The notes: a model not told the origin generated them from the sequence alone. 64,000 nucleotides of DNA from a virus (IMGVR_UViG_3300012016_000001:1-64000), one strand, 5' to 3'; shown: positions 1 through 7,301, counted from the first letter of the stretch. Translations and numbers: made by a program.

Positions 1-809
1 CAGATGTTAAAAGTTTGTATCCAAAAACTTATCAAAGAGAATTGGTTAATAAACAATTTAATCAACTCATTGATGTAGCTAAACAGGATATGAATCGTCA
101 AACTGGCTTTATAGTGGCTCTTGATGTTTCAGGGTCAATGACCTCTAAAGCTCCAGGTACAGGACGTTCTGCTTATTCTGTTGGGCGTGCTATGGCATTG
201 TACTTCTCTGAATTATTAAAAGGTAAGTTTGCACATACATTCTTAGCTTTTAGTAATACAGTTGTGATAGATAGATTTGAAGGTAAAACTCCTTTAGAGA
301 AATATTACAATGGATATAGAAAGTATGATGCTTGTAACACTAACTTCTTCCAGATTGCTCAGTTGTTTGTGCAACTAAAGAATAGAGGATACAAAGAAGA
401 AGATTTTCCAACAGGTATCGTATGTATATCTGATGGAGAATTTGATAGACCTGGAGGAGACTGGAATAGTACTGGTGATTCTGATTGGAGATATAGAGGA
501 AAAGAAACCAGAGAGACAGTCTTTGAATCTTTTAAGAATCATTTAAAGAAAAATGGCTTCTCCGAAGAGTATGTTGATAACTTAAAAATGGTTCTTTGGG
601 ATGTTCCAAGCTATTACTATAGTTCTAGTCCAGATGTAAAGTTTGAAGCTCTTGCAGACACTCCAAACATTTTCCACATGAGTGGATATGACCCTGCAGG
701 TATTGCTTTCTTAACAGGAACATCACAAGTACAAGTAATTCCAAAAACTCCAGAGGAGTTATTTGAGGCTGCTATGCAGCAAGAGTTAATCCAATTGCTA
801 AACATTTGA
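1..809 (+). CDS. von Willebrand factor A (vWA) domain protein; 5' end truncated by the window edge (frame is open back to nt 1)
   Basis: MIDAS-like motif VALDVSGSMTSK (DxSxS) after a hydrophobic beta-strand. The ORF track starts at a TTG at 15, but the frame continues upstream to the window start. Confidence 0.55.
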   Translation, partial: DVKSLYPKTYQRELVNKQFNQLIDVAKQDMNRQTGFIVALDVSGSMTSKAPGTGRSAYSVGRAMALYFSELLKGKFAHTFLAFSNTVVIDRFEGKTPLEKYYNGYRKYDACNTNFFQIAQLFVQLKNRGYKEEDFPTGIVCISDGEFDRPGGDWNSTGDSDWRYRGKETRETVFESFKNHLKKNGFSEEYVDNLKMVLWDVPSYYYSSSPDVKFEALADTPNIFHMSGYDPAGIAFLTGTSQVQVIPKTPEELFEAAMQQELIQLLNI

Positions 810-854
810 ACCTTTTTACCCCTCCTGCTGTGAAGTCCGAGGGTTTTTACACTT

Positions 855-1259
855 ATGAATCCAGAGAAAATTCCTGTAGAGTTCTTGTTGAAGATGAGTA
901 GGCAAGAATGTGGCGCTTTGAAATCTTACATTCAAGAACTTGAGGATACTATCAAGGAAAAGGATGAAATAATTTTAAAGCAGGAGAAAAAAATTAAGAA
1001 ATTACAGAAAATAAGGCGTCTAAATTCTGTTGTACAACAAGTTGATACTCAAATAAGTAACATTCTTAGCACAAAGAACAGAATAGATGAAGCTCCTGAA
1101 TACAAAAGAGGTAAACGTAAAATTCAACTATATAATAGAATGGCTAAATGTTACAATGTTTGGTATTCGGGCTGTAAGATTCTTATCCCTCTCATGGATG
1201 AACTCGTGCATCCTAAAAAATACGAGAATCCTGAGCCGTCCTCTGAGACTACCACTTAA
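855..1259 (+). CDS. hypothetical protein, coiled-coil / Lys-rich
   Basis: 134-aa ORF with the heptad-rich segment EDTIKEKDEIILKQEKKIKKLQK. Same strand and spacing as neighbours. Confidence 0.4.
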   Translation: MNPEKIPVEFLLKMSRQECGALKSYIQELEDTIKEKDEIILKQEKKIKKLQKIRRLNSVVQQVDTQISNILSTKNRIDEAPEYKRGKRKIQLYNRMAKCYNVWYSGCKILIPLMDELVHPKKYENPEPSSETTT

Positions 1260-1279
1260 CTGGAGCTTAGGAACAAGTT

Positions 1280-1567
1280 ATGCTAGTTTTTGTTACCACT
1301 TCCGCTGAAGATCGATTTGTGATCTTCTTAAAGACTAATGTATGTCAAGTAGTATATAATAAAAGAGAACTTCGGTTTGAATCTACTATAGACAAGTTAG
1401 TTACAATGAAAGATTTCTTGCTTAACTTTGGAGTAAATCAAATAGAATTACGAGAATATTCTTCTCCAGGTAAAGGAGCGATTATTATTAAAGATGATGT
1501 ATATATACAACTAGATGATAAAGATACTATTAGAGGTCTAACTGTTCCAGTGTTTACTATTATATGA
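1280..1567 (+). CDS. hypothetical protein
   Basis: 95-aa ORF. Its stop overlaps the next start (ATGA at 1564), typical operon coupling. Confidence 0.35.
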   Translation: MLVFVTTSAEDRFVIFLKTNVCQVVYNKRELRFESTIDKLVTMKDFLLNFGVNQIELREYSSPGKGAIIIKDDVYIQLDDKDTIRGLTVPVFTII

Positions 1568-2565
1568 AACCTTCAGAATTAATAAAATCTTTAAGTCCTA
1601 ATGGTTATATAGATACTGGGTTAATGTATTCTAGTGGTGAACCATATGCTGTAGATATATGTAATCTTTATAAAGCTGGTGTTCCTATTGATATTTTAGA
1701 TACTCTTAAAGAATACAAGATGTATGATTTATTCTCCGTAGAAAATAATATGTCCTTACTAAAAAAAATAGAACACCCAAGTCAAATTACTGGAGGATTT
1801 GCAATATCTCCAAAATTGGCTGATACAATAACAAGTTTTTATGGTAGGGATAAATTATTAGAAACAGGAAGAGCAGTAAATCAACATGGGTATTATTCTG
1901 AAGAGGAATTAACAAGTTCAGTATTCTTAAAACATGCTTTAGAAAGGTCTTCAGATTATCTACCTTTTACATTGATTAGTAGTTTAGTTAGAACTAATAA
2001 GAATTGTGAAAGAAGTTTAGAAGCTGCTAAAAAGGCATATACCCTTTATAAAGGGAATGTGGACTTGTCCTATTTAAATAGGGAGCATCCATGTGGTACT
2101 GTATTCTTTATGAGAGATAATCTTATATCTTTAGATGCTTTTAGTATTATTGTTAGTATATATGGAAGAGTTGTTAAAGAGAAAATACAACTAAATATCG
2201 ATACTCTTCCAGATATAAATGATGCTTATAAAAAGTACAGGACAGAAAAAGCACCTATTCCTTCAAACTATATAAAGGAATCAGGTAGAAGTATTAATAG
2301 TTTATTTAATGTCTATTCAGAAAATGACTTAGAACCAACTGACTGGGAAATTGTTGATACTACATCTGGTTATCCAATGTATATAGCAAAGAATGGTGAC
2401 AAAACTGTTGCTACTATTGTAGGCAAGACTAATGAAGAAATATTAGAAGATATAAATAAGAAAATTGAAAGGAATAACGAGTTATATGGTGTTAATTTAA
2501 ATCCTGTGTTACTCTCAACTATAGGAGATTTTTTCTTGCCTACTGTCTTTACAGTTCACTGTTAA
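1564..2565 (+). CDS. hypothetical protein
   Basis: 333-aa ORF with no recognisable motif. It ends just before the tRNA island. Confidence 0.5.
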   Translation: MKPSELIKSLSPNGYIDTGLMYSSGEPYAVDICNLYKAGVPIDILDTLKEYKMYDLFSVENNMSLLKKIEHPSQITGGFAISPKLADTITSFYGRDKLLETGRAVNQHGYYSEEELTSSVFLKHALERSSDYLPFTLISSLVRTNKNCERSLEAAKKAYTLYKGNVDLSYLNREHPCGTVFFMRDNLISLDAFSIIVSIYGRVVKEKIQLNIDTLPDINDAYKKYRTEKAPIPSNYIKESGRSINSLFNVYSENDLEPTDWEIVDTTSGYPMYIAKNGDKTVATIVGKTNEEILEDINKKIERNNELYGVNLNPVLLSTIGDFFLPTVFTVHC

Positions 2566-2635
2566 AGACTGTTAAAGTATTTGATACCAACACATAGAAA
2601 TTATATATTTACAACACCGACTTGGCAAGGAAAAT

Positions 2636-2711
2636 TAAAGAGGTCTTACAGCAACTTGAAATCTAACTTATGCTTAATTTAGGAAGAAAGGAGTAGTTTT
2701 TCAGACCTCTG
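2636..2711 (+). repeat. clamp repeat unit (5' arm AAAGAGGTCT + ACAGCAA box + variable core + complementary 3' arm AGACCTCT)
   Basis: Member of a family of at least 10 copies. The 5' arm is purine-rich (AAGGAG-like), is followed after 1-5 nt by ACAGCAA, and the 3' arm is its reverse complement. Confidence 0.6.
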
Positions 2712-2738
2712 CTTAATTGAATCTAGCAATAGGTTCAT

Positions 2739-2813
2739 GGGTGGTTAGCTCAGCTGGCTGGTAGCAAATGACTGTTAATCATTAGGCCGTGGGTTCGAGT
2801 CCCACACCGCCCT
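2739..2813 (+). tRNA. tRNA-Asn (anticodon GTT)
   Basis: Cloverleaf by eye: acceptor GGGTGGT/ACCGCCC (one G.U), anticodon stem AATGA/TCATT with loop CTGTTAA, T-arm GTGGG-TTCGAGT-CCCAC. Confidence 0.85.
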
Positions 2814-2976
2814 CTTAAAGGTGTGCTGCGTCCTTATGGACTACTCAGCAAATTTATTTCCTACGATCATAAATTTGTAAAATTAACACGAATGAAGGGT
2901 AAATGGATCAATCGAGGCAGGAGGCACACCTGTTAAATCAAAATCTGTATTAGAAAGTGAAGTTTACCCTTCTAAT

Positions 2977-3050
2977 GCTCCTTTAGCTCAGTTGGATAGA
3001 GCAATAGCCTTCTAAGCTATGGGTCGTTGGTTCGAATCCAACAGGGAGTA
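2977..3050 (+). tRNA. tRNA-Arg (anticodon TCT)
   Basis: Acceptor GCTCCTT/AGGGAGT (with G.U pairs), D-arm GCTC-AGTTGGATA-GAGC, anticodon stem ATAGC/GCTAT with loop CTTCTAA, T-arm GTTGG-TTCGAAT-CCAAC. Confidence 0.8.
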
Positions 3051-3357
3051 CTAGTATGAAAGAAAAATTAAGACAATGGTTCTATTCAATTAATGTCAAT
3101 AAGTATAGACATTATTTTGAGGAATGGTATTCCAATTTAACTCCTCAACAATTAAGATGGTATGAAAAAATATTCTAGATTAGACGAATTAAAGTAAAAA
3201 ATAAGTGAAAATGAAGAAATTTTTAGTACTCATGTTTGCCTTACTAATGGCTATTAGTTTTTAGAGTTGCACCAACTGTAGTGGTAATCCCAGTCTAAAC
3301 AGTCCTGTTAAAACTGAACTTGTAGTGGATCAAGCTATTAGCTTAGATAACTAGTAC

Positions 3358-3834
3358 ATGTTCATGAATTATGGTGAGAACTATCGTTGGTTTGAAACTT
3401 GCGTTCTTATGGACGATTTCCTAGATGAGGAAACTGATGGAAGTGTTAATATGGTTGTTAATATCTATCAGGTTGCAAAAGGTGATGATAAATCTTTCGA
3501 TGTTAAAGTATTCAAGTTTCAACACTTAAAAGATGGAACTGTTTTGAAAGATTCTGTTGCTGGTTTTTGGATAGAAGATAATCCTTTGAATGATTCAACT
3601 ATAAAGATTGATTACAAGGAAGCCTTTAATCTTGTTCAAAAGGTAAATCTACCTAAACCACATACTAGAAATGCTATTCTAAGGAATCCTCTTGGTCCTC
3701 TAGACACTAATCCACAGTGGGTGTTCGGAAATATCCGTGAACAAATATGGGTGGATGCAACCACAGGAGAAATTAGAAAATCAAATCCAGCATTTCCTGA
3801 TGAATTAAAAATGCCTCTTGGTGAATGGCCCTGA
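3358..3834 (+). CDS. hypothetical protein
   Basis: 158-aa ORF embedded between tRNA genes. No motif recognised. Confidence 0.45.
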   Translation: MFMNYGENYRWFETCVLMDDFLDEETDGSVNMVVNIYQVAKGDDKSFDVKVFKFQHLKDGTVLKDSVAGFWIEDNPLNDSTIKIDYKEAFNLVQKVNLPKPHTRNAILRNPLGPLDTNPQWVFGNIREQIWVDATTGEIRKSNPAFPDELKMPLGEWP

Positions 3835-3919
3835 TTTCACTCTTTGAGCTAGTTGGGAAACTAGCATGTAAAACCGATATTTTTCATAAATTATTAGGAG
3901 CTACGAGTTAGCTCCATTT

Positions 3920-3993
3920 GGGGGTAGTGGTGTAAATGGCTAACACATAATCCTTGCAAGATTAAATTTAGGGTTCGAGTCCCTCTACTTCCA
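3920..3993 (+). tRNA. tRNA-Ala (anticodon TGC)
   Basis: Acceptor GGGGGTA/TACTTCC with a G3:U70 wobble (the Ala identity element). Anticodon stem TAATC/GATTA with loop CTTGCAA, T-loop TTCGAGT. Confidence 0.65.
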
Positions 3994-3997
3994 CATA

Positions 3998-4065
3998 CAG
4001 AAGACACACAGCAAGTGCTTTATAATAAAAAATTTTAGGGAAATTTAATAATTATAAGTCTTCTG
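3998..4065 (+). repeat. clamp repeat unit (CAGAAGAC ... ACAGCAA ... GTCTTCTG)
   Basis: Same architecture, directly after tRNA-Ala. Confidence 0.6.
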
Positions 4066-4070
4066 ATTTT

Positions 4071-4146
4071 GGCTTGTTGAGCCCACTGGAGTGGGAACTT
4101 GACTGTCACTCAAGTAAAACAAAGGGATCGATACCCTTGCAGGCCG
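4071..4146 (+). tRNA. candidate divergent tRNA-Asp (anticodon GTC) with atypical D-arm (5-bp stem, 4-nt loop) and T-loop ATCGATA
   Basis: Acceptor GGCTTGT/GCAGGCC (two G.U pairs), anticodon arm CTTGA-CTGTCAC-TCAAG, T-arm AAGGG-ATCGATA-CCCTT. Total 76 nt, noncanonical. Confidence 0.35.
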
Positions 4147-4203
4147 CTAAATCAAAACTAATGAGTCTCTAAAGTATTTTTAAACAATTAAAGTGTAACC
4201 TGT

Positions 4204-4461
4204 ATGATTAACTCGATTCCTATAATGGACCAGAAGATTATTGATAAGTATTTTCCTGGCCAAGCAGTCAAGTCAATCATGCGTACACCGTTAAAGTCTG
4301 TGAGAGGCTATTCACTTGAAGGAAACAAAGGATTGCTTATAAGCACTCCGAAACTTAAACACCTTCTTGCTCTTTATGCTTCTCAGATAGCGTTACAAAC
4401 AAAATGGAATACTTCCCTTAATAAGGAAGGAGACCATTTGATTTGTCTCTTGTACCCTTAA
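4204..4461 (+). CDS. hypothetical small protein (85 aa) inside the tRNA island
   Basis: ORF only. It lies between tRNA genes, so coding status is uncertain. Confidence 0.2.
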   Translation: MINSIPIMDQKIIDKYFPGQAVKSIMRTPLKSVRGYSLEGNKGLLISTPKLKHLLALYASQIALQTKWNTSLNKEGDHLICLLYP

Positions 4462-4473
4462 ATGGGTAATACT

Positions 4474-4543
4474 GGTCCTTAGTTTAGTGGTAAAACGATG
4501 GTCTCCAAAACCATTGTCATCTGTTCGATTCAGATAGGGCCTG
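4474..4543 (+). tRNA. tRNA-Trp (anticodon CCA)
   Basis: Anticodon stem ATGGT/ACCAT with loop CTCCAAA, T-arm ATCTG-TTCGATT-CAGAT, acceptor GGTCCTT/AGGGCCT with one mismatch. Confidence 0.7.
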
Positions 4544-4576
4544 CAATCACTAAAGGGAAAAGAAACTGTAGTTTAT

Positions 4577-4647
4577 GGGCAATTGTCCGAGCGATTAGGT
4601 GGCGGACTGCAAATCCGTCTAGACAGGTTTGACTCCTGTATTGCCTT
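4577..4647 (+). tRNA. tRNA-Cys (anticodon GCA)
   Basis: The anticodon arm and variable region CGGACTGCAAATCCGTCTAG closely resemble bacterial tRNA-Cys. Acceptor GGGCAAT/ATTGCCT, T-arm ACAGG-TTTGACT-CCTGT. Confidence 0.75.
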
Positions 4648-4686
4648 CATCAAATGATGTTGATTTTTTGCATATTAATGACTTTA

Positions 4687-4712
4687 GTGTCTGGTTCGTG
4701 AGAATAGGACAC
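4687..4712 (+). promoter_or_regulatory. conserved tRNA-leader hairpin (loop TGGTTCGTGAGAATAG)
   Basis: Stem GTGTC/GACAC enclosing the conserved loop, 9 nt upstream of the tRNA-Met 5' end. Member of a 6-copy family. Confidence 0.5.
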
Positions 4713-4721
4713 TTTTTACAT

Positions 4722-4793
4722 CGCAGGGTAGAGCAGTGGTAGCTCGCAAGTTTCATAAGCTTGAAGTCGTTAGTTCGAATCTAACCCCTGCAA
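4722..4793 (+). tRNA. tRNA-Met (anticodon CAT), C1:A72 mismatch
   Basis: D-arm GAGC-AGTGGTA-GCTC, anticodon stem CAAGT/GCTTG with loop TTCATAA, T-arm GTTAG-TTCGAAT-CTAAC. The unpaired 1:72 position recalls initiator-like tRNA. Confidence 0.7.
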
Positions 4794-4799
4794 CAAATT

Positions 4800-4883
4800 G
4801 GGAGTTTATTCCGTAAGTGGTAGCGGGGCTGACTGTAAATCAGCTTGCTTTTGCATCGGGGTGTTCGACTCACTCAGCTCCCA
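4800..4883 (+). tRNA. tRNA-Tyr (anticodon GTA), long variable arm
   Basis: Anticodon loop GACTGTAAATC typical of Tyr. Acceptor GGGAGTT/AGCTCCC, variable arm of about 13 nt, T-loop TTCGACT. Confidence 0.8.
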
Positions 4884-4887
4884 CTTT

Positions 4888-4959
4888 GGCCTTATAGTTC
4901 TAATGGTAAAACACCGCACTTGTAATGCGGATTTCTCAGTTCGATTCTGGGTAGGGCCT
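4888..4959 (+). tRNA. tRNA-Thr (anticodon TGT)
   Basis: Acceptor GGCCTTA/TAGGGCC, anticodon stem CGCA/TGCG with loop CTTGTAA, T-loop TTCGATT. It starts 5 nt after tRNA-Tyr. Confidence 0.8.
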
Positions 4960-5027
4960 CTATGCATCGGCTTAGGACTGTTGCGTTACGCTTCCTCATG
5001 GTGATACCTTTAAGGTAGAGGAAGAAA

Positions 5028-5086
5028 GGAGTACACACAGCAATGTTTTTATACAGTTATGATATTGCAGAGTTGTTTTGTACTCC
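5028..5086 (+). repeat. clamp repeat unit (GGAGTACA ... ACAGCAA ... TGTACTCC)
   Basis: Same architecture. It is followed by the terminator-like hairpin at 5091. Confidence 0.6.
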
Positions 5087-5090
5087 GTAT

Positions 5091-5116
5091 GAGGTTGGCT
5101 TTGTCCAACCTCTTTT
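5091..5116 (+). terminator. intrinsic-terminator-like hairpin (8-bp stem GAGGTTGG/CCAACCTC followed by TTTTG)
   Basis: Perfect inverted repeat followed by a T-run, immediately upstream of the aberrant tRNA-Lys candidate. Confidence 0.45.
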
Positions 5117-5205
5117 GCCCTCATCGTATATCGGTCAGTGCTGGAAACAGACGATTACCCCTGCCTTTTAAGCAGGTAAGCATGGTTCGACTCCATGTGG
5201 GGGCA
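5117..5205 (+). tRNA. aberrant tRNA-Lys candidate (anticodon TTT) with ~16 extra nt in the D region (89 nt)
   Basis: Acceptor GCCCTCA/TGGGGGC (one G.U), anticodon arm CCTGC-CTTTTAA-GCAGG, T-arm CATGG-TTCGACT-CCATG. The D region is too long to fold canonically. Confidence 0.4.
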
Positions 5206-5244
5206 CTATAAAAATCAAGACAATAAAAGTAGTTTTTAAGAAAT

Positions 5245-5376
5245 AAAGAAGTCTTACAGCAATAACAATTAATCTAAGTTTACCAAAAAGCGCTGAACTT
5301 GTAGTTCAATGGTAGAATACCTTTTTATTAAAAAGGAGATGACGGTTCGAATCCGTGTGGCAAAAAAGACTTCTTT
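5245..5376 (+). repeat. clamp repeat unit (AAAGAAGTCTT ACAGCAA ... AAGACTTCTTT) enclosing a tRNA-like element
   Basis: 10-11 bp complementary arms 120 nt apart. The ACAGCAA box sits right after the 5' arm. The enclosed 5292-5365 sequence is tRNA-like. Confidence 0.55.
5292..5365 (+). other. tRNA-like element with canonical D-arm and T-arm but unresolved acceptor; carries a 7-bp hairpin where the anticodon arm should be (loop TTATTAA if read as a 5-bp stem)
   Basis: D-arm GTAGTTCAATGGTAGAAT, T-arm ACGG-TTCGAAT-CCGT, internal hairpin CCTTTTT-ATT-AAAAAGG. No complementary acceptor strands were found. The element is nested inside a clamp repeat unit (5245-5376). Confidence 0.25.
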
Positions 5377-5379
5377 TAT

Positions 5380-5452
5380 AGAGCTATCCTCTAATAGGTT
5401 AGGAGACGTGACTGATAATCACGCAATCCCAGTTCAAGTCTGGGTAGCTCTA
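5380..5452 (+). tRNA. tRNA-Ile (anticodon GAT)
   Basis: Perfect acceptor AGAGCTA/TAGCTCT, anticodon stem CGTGA/TCACG with loop CTGATAA, T-arm CCCAG-TTCAAGT-CTGGG. Confidence 0.8.
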
Positions 5453-5601
5453 CAATCGTCCAAACAAAAAGTAATACAAACAAACATTTATCAAACTAAA
5501 CATTCAGCAAAACACAATAAGAATATTTCTGCTTAGGCAGAAGTGTTTTTAGTGTAAACTCCTGGAGTACGTGTACTCTGGGAGGGTTTTGTTTTGGACT
5601 C

Positions 5602-5631
5602 AGCCTCATCTAGTTGCAAATAGGTGAGGCT
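5602..5631 (+). promoter_or_regulatory. conserved tRNA-leader hairpin variant (loop TCTAGTTGCAAATAGG)
   Basis: Stem AGCCTCA/TGAGGCT ending 4 nt upstream of tRNA-Phe. Confidence 0.45.
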
Positions 5632-5634
5632 TTA

Positions 5635-5709
5635 GGGGCAGTAGCGCAGGTGGTCAGTTCGCGCCAGTCTGAAAAACTGGAGATCGTGGTTCAACTCCAC
5701 GCTGCCCCA
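5635..5709 (+). tRNA. tRNA-Phe (anticodon GAA)
   Basis: Perfect acceptor GGGGCAG/CTGCCCC, anticodon stem CCAGT/ACTGG with loop CTGAAAA, T-arm CGTGG-TTCAACT-CCACG. Confidence 0.85.
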
Positions 5710-5728
5710 CAGAATAGTATATTACTAT

Positions 5729-5799
5729 AAAGAGGGCTCACAGCAAATTCATTCTAATTTTTTTCGCCATTATAAGTTTGATTAGCTAAAGCCCTCTTA
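5729..5799 (+). repeat. clamp repeat unit (TATAAAGAGGGCT C ACAGCAA ... AGCCCTCTT); first of 4 tandem units
   Basis: 5' arm AAGAGGGCT with its reverse complement AGCCCTCTT 50 nt downstream. ACAGCAA at 5740-5746. Confidence 0.65.
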
Positions 5800-5805
5800 A
5801 ATATA

Positions 5806-5869
5806 CAGGGTACAGACAGCAAACTTTATTTTAGGTTCGAACTTTTAACTCGATGTGTCTAGTACCCTG
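5806..5869 (+). repeat. clamp repeat unit (CAGGGTAC AG ACAGCAA ... GTACCCTG)
   Basis: Second tandem unit. Its core contains GGTTCGAAC, which resembles a T-loop. Confidence 0.6.
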
Positions 5870-5874
5870 CCTAT

Positions 5875-5947
5875 AAAGGAGTCCTACAGCAAATTTGTCT
5901 TACATTCCGAATTGTCATTTCAGAAGAAAAAGAAAATGGACTCCTTT
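5875..5947 (+). repeat. clamp repeat unit (TATAAAGGAGTCC T ACAGCAA ... GGACTCCTTT)
   Basis: Third tandem unit, with 10-bp arms. Confidence 0.65.
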
Positions 5948-5979
5948 TTAAATGAATAACCAATTATAAAATATATTAA

Positions 5980-6053
5980 GGAGGGCATGCAGCAAAAAGT
6001 TTGTAAATAGCGTGTCTGTGTAACATACTTAACAGTGCCCTCCGTTTTTATGA
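5980..6053 (+). repeat. clamp repeat unit (TTAAGGAGGGCA TGCAGCAA ... TGCCCTCC)
   Basis: Fourth tandem unit. Its core contains GTAAATAG, resembling the tRNA-leader hairpin loop. It lies immediately upstream of the ORF at 6082. Confidence 0.6.
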
Positions 6054-6081
6054 AAATGTTTTAACTATTTAAATAGTAACT

Positions 6082-6876
6082 ATGCAAAAATTAAATGTTT
6101 TATTAGCTCTTAGAGAGAAGTTAGCTAATCGTTATGCCCAAATGAACGGTGACTATACTTCATTCTTTAAGAACAAGCAAGGAGCGTTTCAAGGTACGCT
6201 CAAGACACACTCTCCTTTAGATGGGTATGCAGTAGATTCTACTAAAGTAGCTAATGTGAGAGTTATTACCACAGTCAATGAAAAAATGGATTGGTGGTTG
6301 AAAGAAGCTCTAGACTATTTTAACACAGCTTTGGCTATTGAAGCATCTAATGGGCAAGGTGCTCCTACAGTTGAACTAGAATTCGATGGAAGAACTTACG
6401 GTCCTTTCCCAGCTACTGTGTTATTAAGGCTTCGTGGCATTATAGAGAACGATAAGTTCGCTACAATGCTTGGTAATATTCCTGTTAGAGAGGAGACCAA
6501 AGTTTGGTTGCCTATTGATCAGGATGAAGATTACAAGAGAAGAGGTAATATCTTCCAAACAGAAAGACAAGAAGGTGAGACTCGTACTACAGAAACACAT
6601 GATGAAATCTTGAAAGATCCTAACTTAGATCCAGCTCATCTTCCTTCTAATTACCGTGCTCAAGTAACTCAAGTTAAGAGAACAGTTAAGACTGGAGATT
6701 ATACTACTCAGTCATTTACTGGTGAATGGACACATCAGCAACGTGCTAATCTTTTAAAAAGAAGAAGTGCATTGCTCGATGCTATCAATGTTGCCTTACA
6801 AAAAGTCAATGACCGTGAGGCAATTGAGTGTAAAGTAGATGATCTATTCAGACATCTCATTTATGGACAAAATTAA
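6082..6876 (+). CDS. hypothetical protein (264 aa) within the tRNA island
   Basis: Long ORF with balanced composition. It is preceded by four tandem clamp repeats. No motif recognised. Confidence 0.5.
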   Translation: MQKLNVLLALREKLANRYAQMNGDYTSFFKNKQGAFQGTLKTHSPLDGYAVDSTKVANVRVITTVNEKMDWWLKEALDYFNTALAIEASNGQGAPTVELEFDGRTYGPFPATVLLRLRGIIENDKFATMLGNIPVREETKVWLPIDQDEDYKRRGNIFQTERQEGETRTTETHDEILKDPNLDPAHLPSNYRAQVTQVKRTVKTGDYTTQSFTGEWTHQQRANLLKRRSALLDAINVALQKVNDREAIECKVDDLFRHLIYGQN

Positions 6877-7010
6877 ACTTTAAATATTGACCCTAGCTTT
6901 AGCTTCACACTTTAGCTTTACAGAATCCTAGATAGTAAGCATCAATGTTGTGGTCAAAAGCTTTAGCGAAGTTGATTACAGTGTATTACTTACCTTGACG
7001 ACTATTATCG

Positions 7011-7045
7011 CTCGGTAATCGCGGGTTCAAATCCCGTCCCGCCCT
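7011..7045 (+). other. orphan tRNA 3' half (anticodon-stem 3' strand CTCGG, variable TAATC, T-arm GCGGG-TTCAAAT-CCCGT, acceptor CCCGCCC)
   Basis: Canonical T-arm and acceptor 3' strand, but no matching 5' half upstream. The complementary 5' half lies 71 nt downstream. Confidence 0.5.
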
Positions 7046-7086
7046 CAAACAGAGTTCTTCTGAACTCTGCCCTTTCATGTTACTTT

Positions 7087-7112
7087 AGTCATTGCTTGTG
7101 AAAGTAGTGACT
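7087..7112 (+). promoter_or_regulatory. conserved tRNA-leader hairpin variant (loop TTGCTTGTGAAAGTAG)
   Basis: Stem AGTCA/TGACT, 4 nt upstream of the tRNA 5' half. Confidence 0.45.
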
Positions 7113-7116
7113 ATAT

Positions 7117-7154
7117 GGGCGGGTCGTCTAGTGGTTAAGACTCCGGGTTTTTAA
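7117..7154 (+). other. orphan tRNA 5' half (acceptor GGGCGGG, D-arm GTC-TAGTGGTTAA-GAC, anticodon-stem 5' strand CCGGG, loop TTTTTAA: Lys-TTT-like)
   Basis: Perfectly complementary to the acceptor and anticodon-stem strands of the 3' half at 7011-7045, but located downstream of it, i.e. a permuted order. Confidence 0.5.
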
Positions 7155-7228
7155 GCATCAGCATTATAGGGTAAAATGTAATACGCAAAAGTTCATGGAT
7201 TAGTAAGACGGATTTGTCGCTAATCCTA

Positions 7229-7301
7229 GGGAGAGTAGCTCAGTGGTTAAAGCAATAGTCGCTAAAACTATCGATCGAGGGTTCGAATCCCTCCTCTCCT
7301 G
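7229..7301 (+). tRNA. putative amber-suppressor tRNA (anticodon CTA, reads UAG); G at position 33
   Basis: Acceptor GGGAGAG/CTCTCCT (G1.U72), perfect 5-bp anticodon stem ATAGT/ACTAT with the 7-nt loop CGCTAAA (anticodon at 7262-7264), T-arm GAGGG-TTCGAATCCCTC. Confidence 0.6.

Noticed and set aside
4798-5536. Plus-strand ORFs 4798-5004 and 5309-5536, and the 5' extensions of ORFs 7916 and 11920
   Set aside because: They run straight through well-formed tRNA genes (Tyr/Thr, the tRNA-like element plus Ile, Ser, His). The translated sequences are Cys/Gly-rich artefacts of the tRNA stems.
5729-6053. Reading the AAGGAG-N5-ACAGCAA repeats as ribosome-binding sites with short peptide ORFs
   Set aside because: Protein genes in this window have no Shine-Dalgarno sequences. 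No start codon follows the box (except an ATG in one copy), and the downstream frames hit stops at inconsistent positions.
6990-7045. Minus-strand tRNA overlapping the orphan 3' half
   Set aside because: The reverse complement lacks a D-arm and a T-loop in the right places. The TTCAAAT T-loop and CCC-N-CCC acceptor are only sensible on the plus strand.
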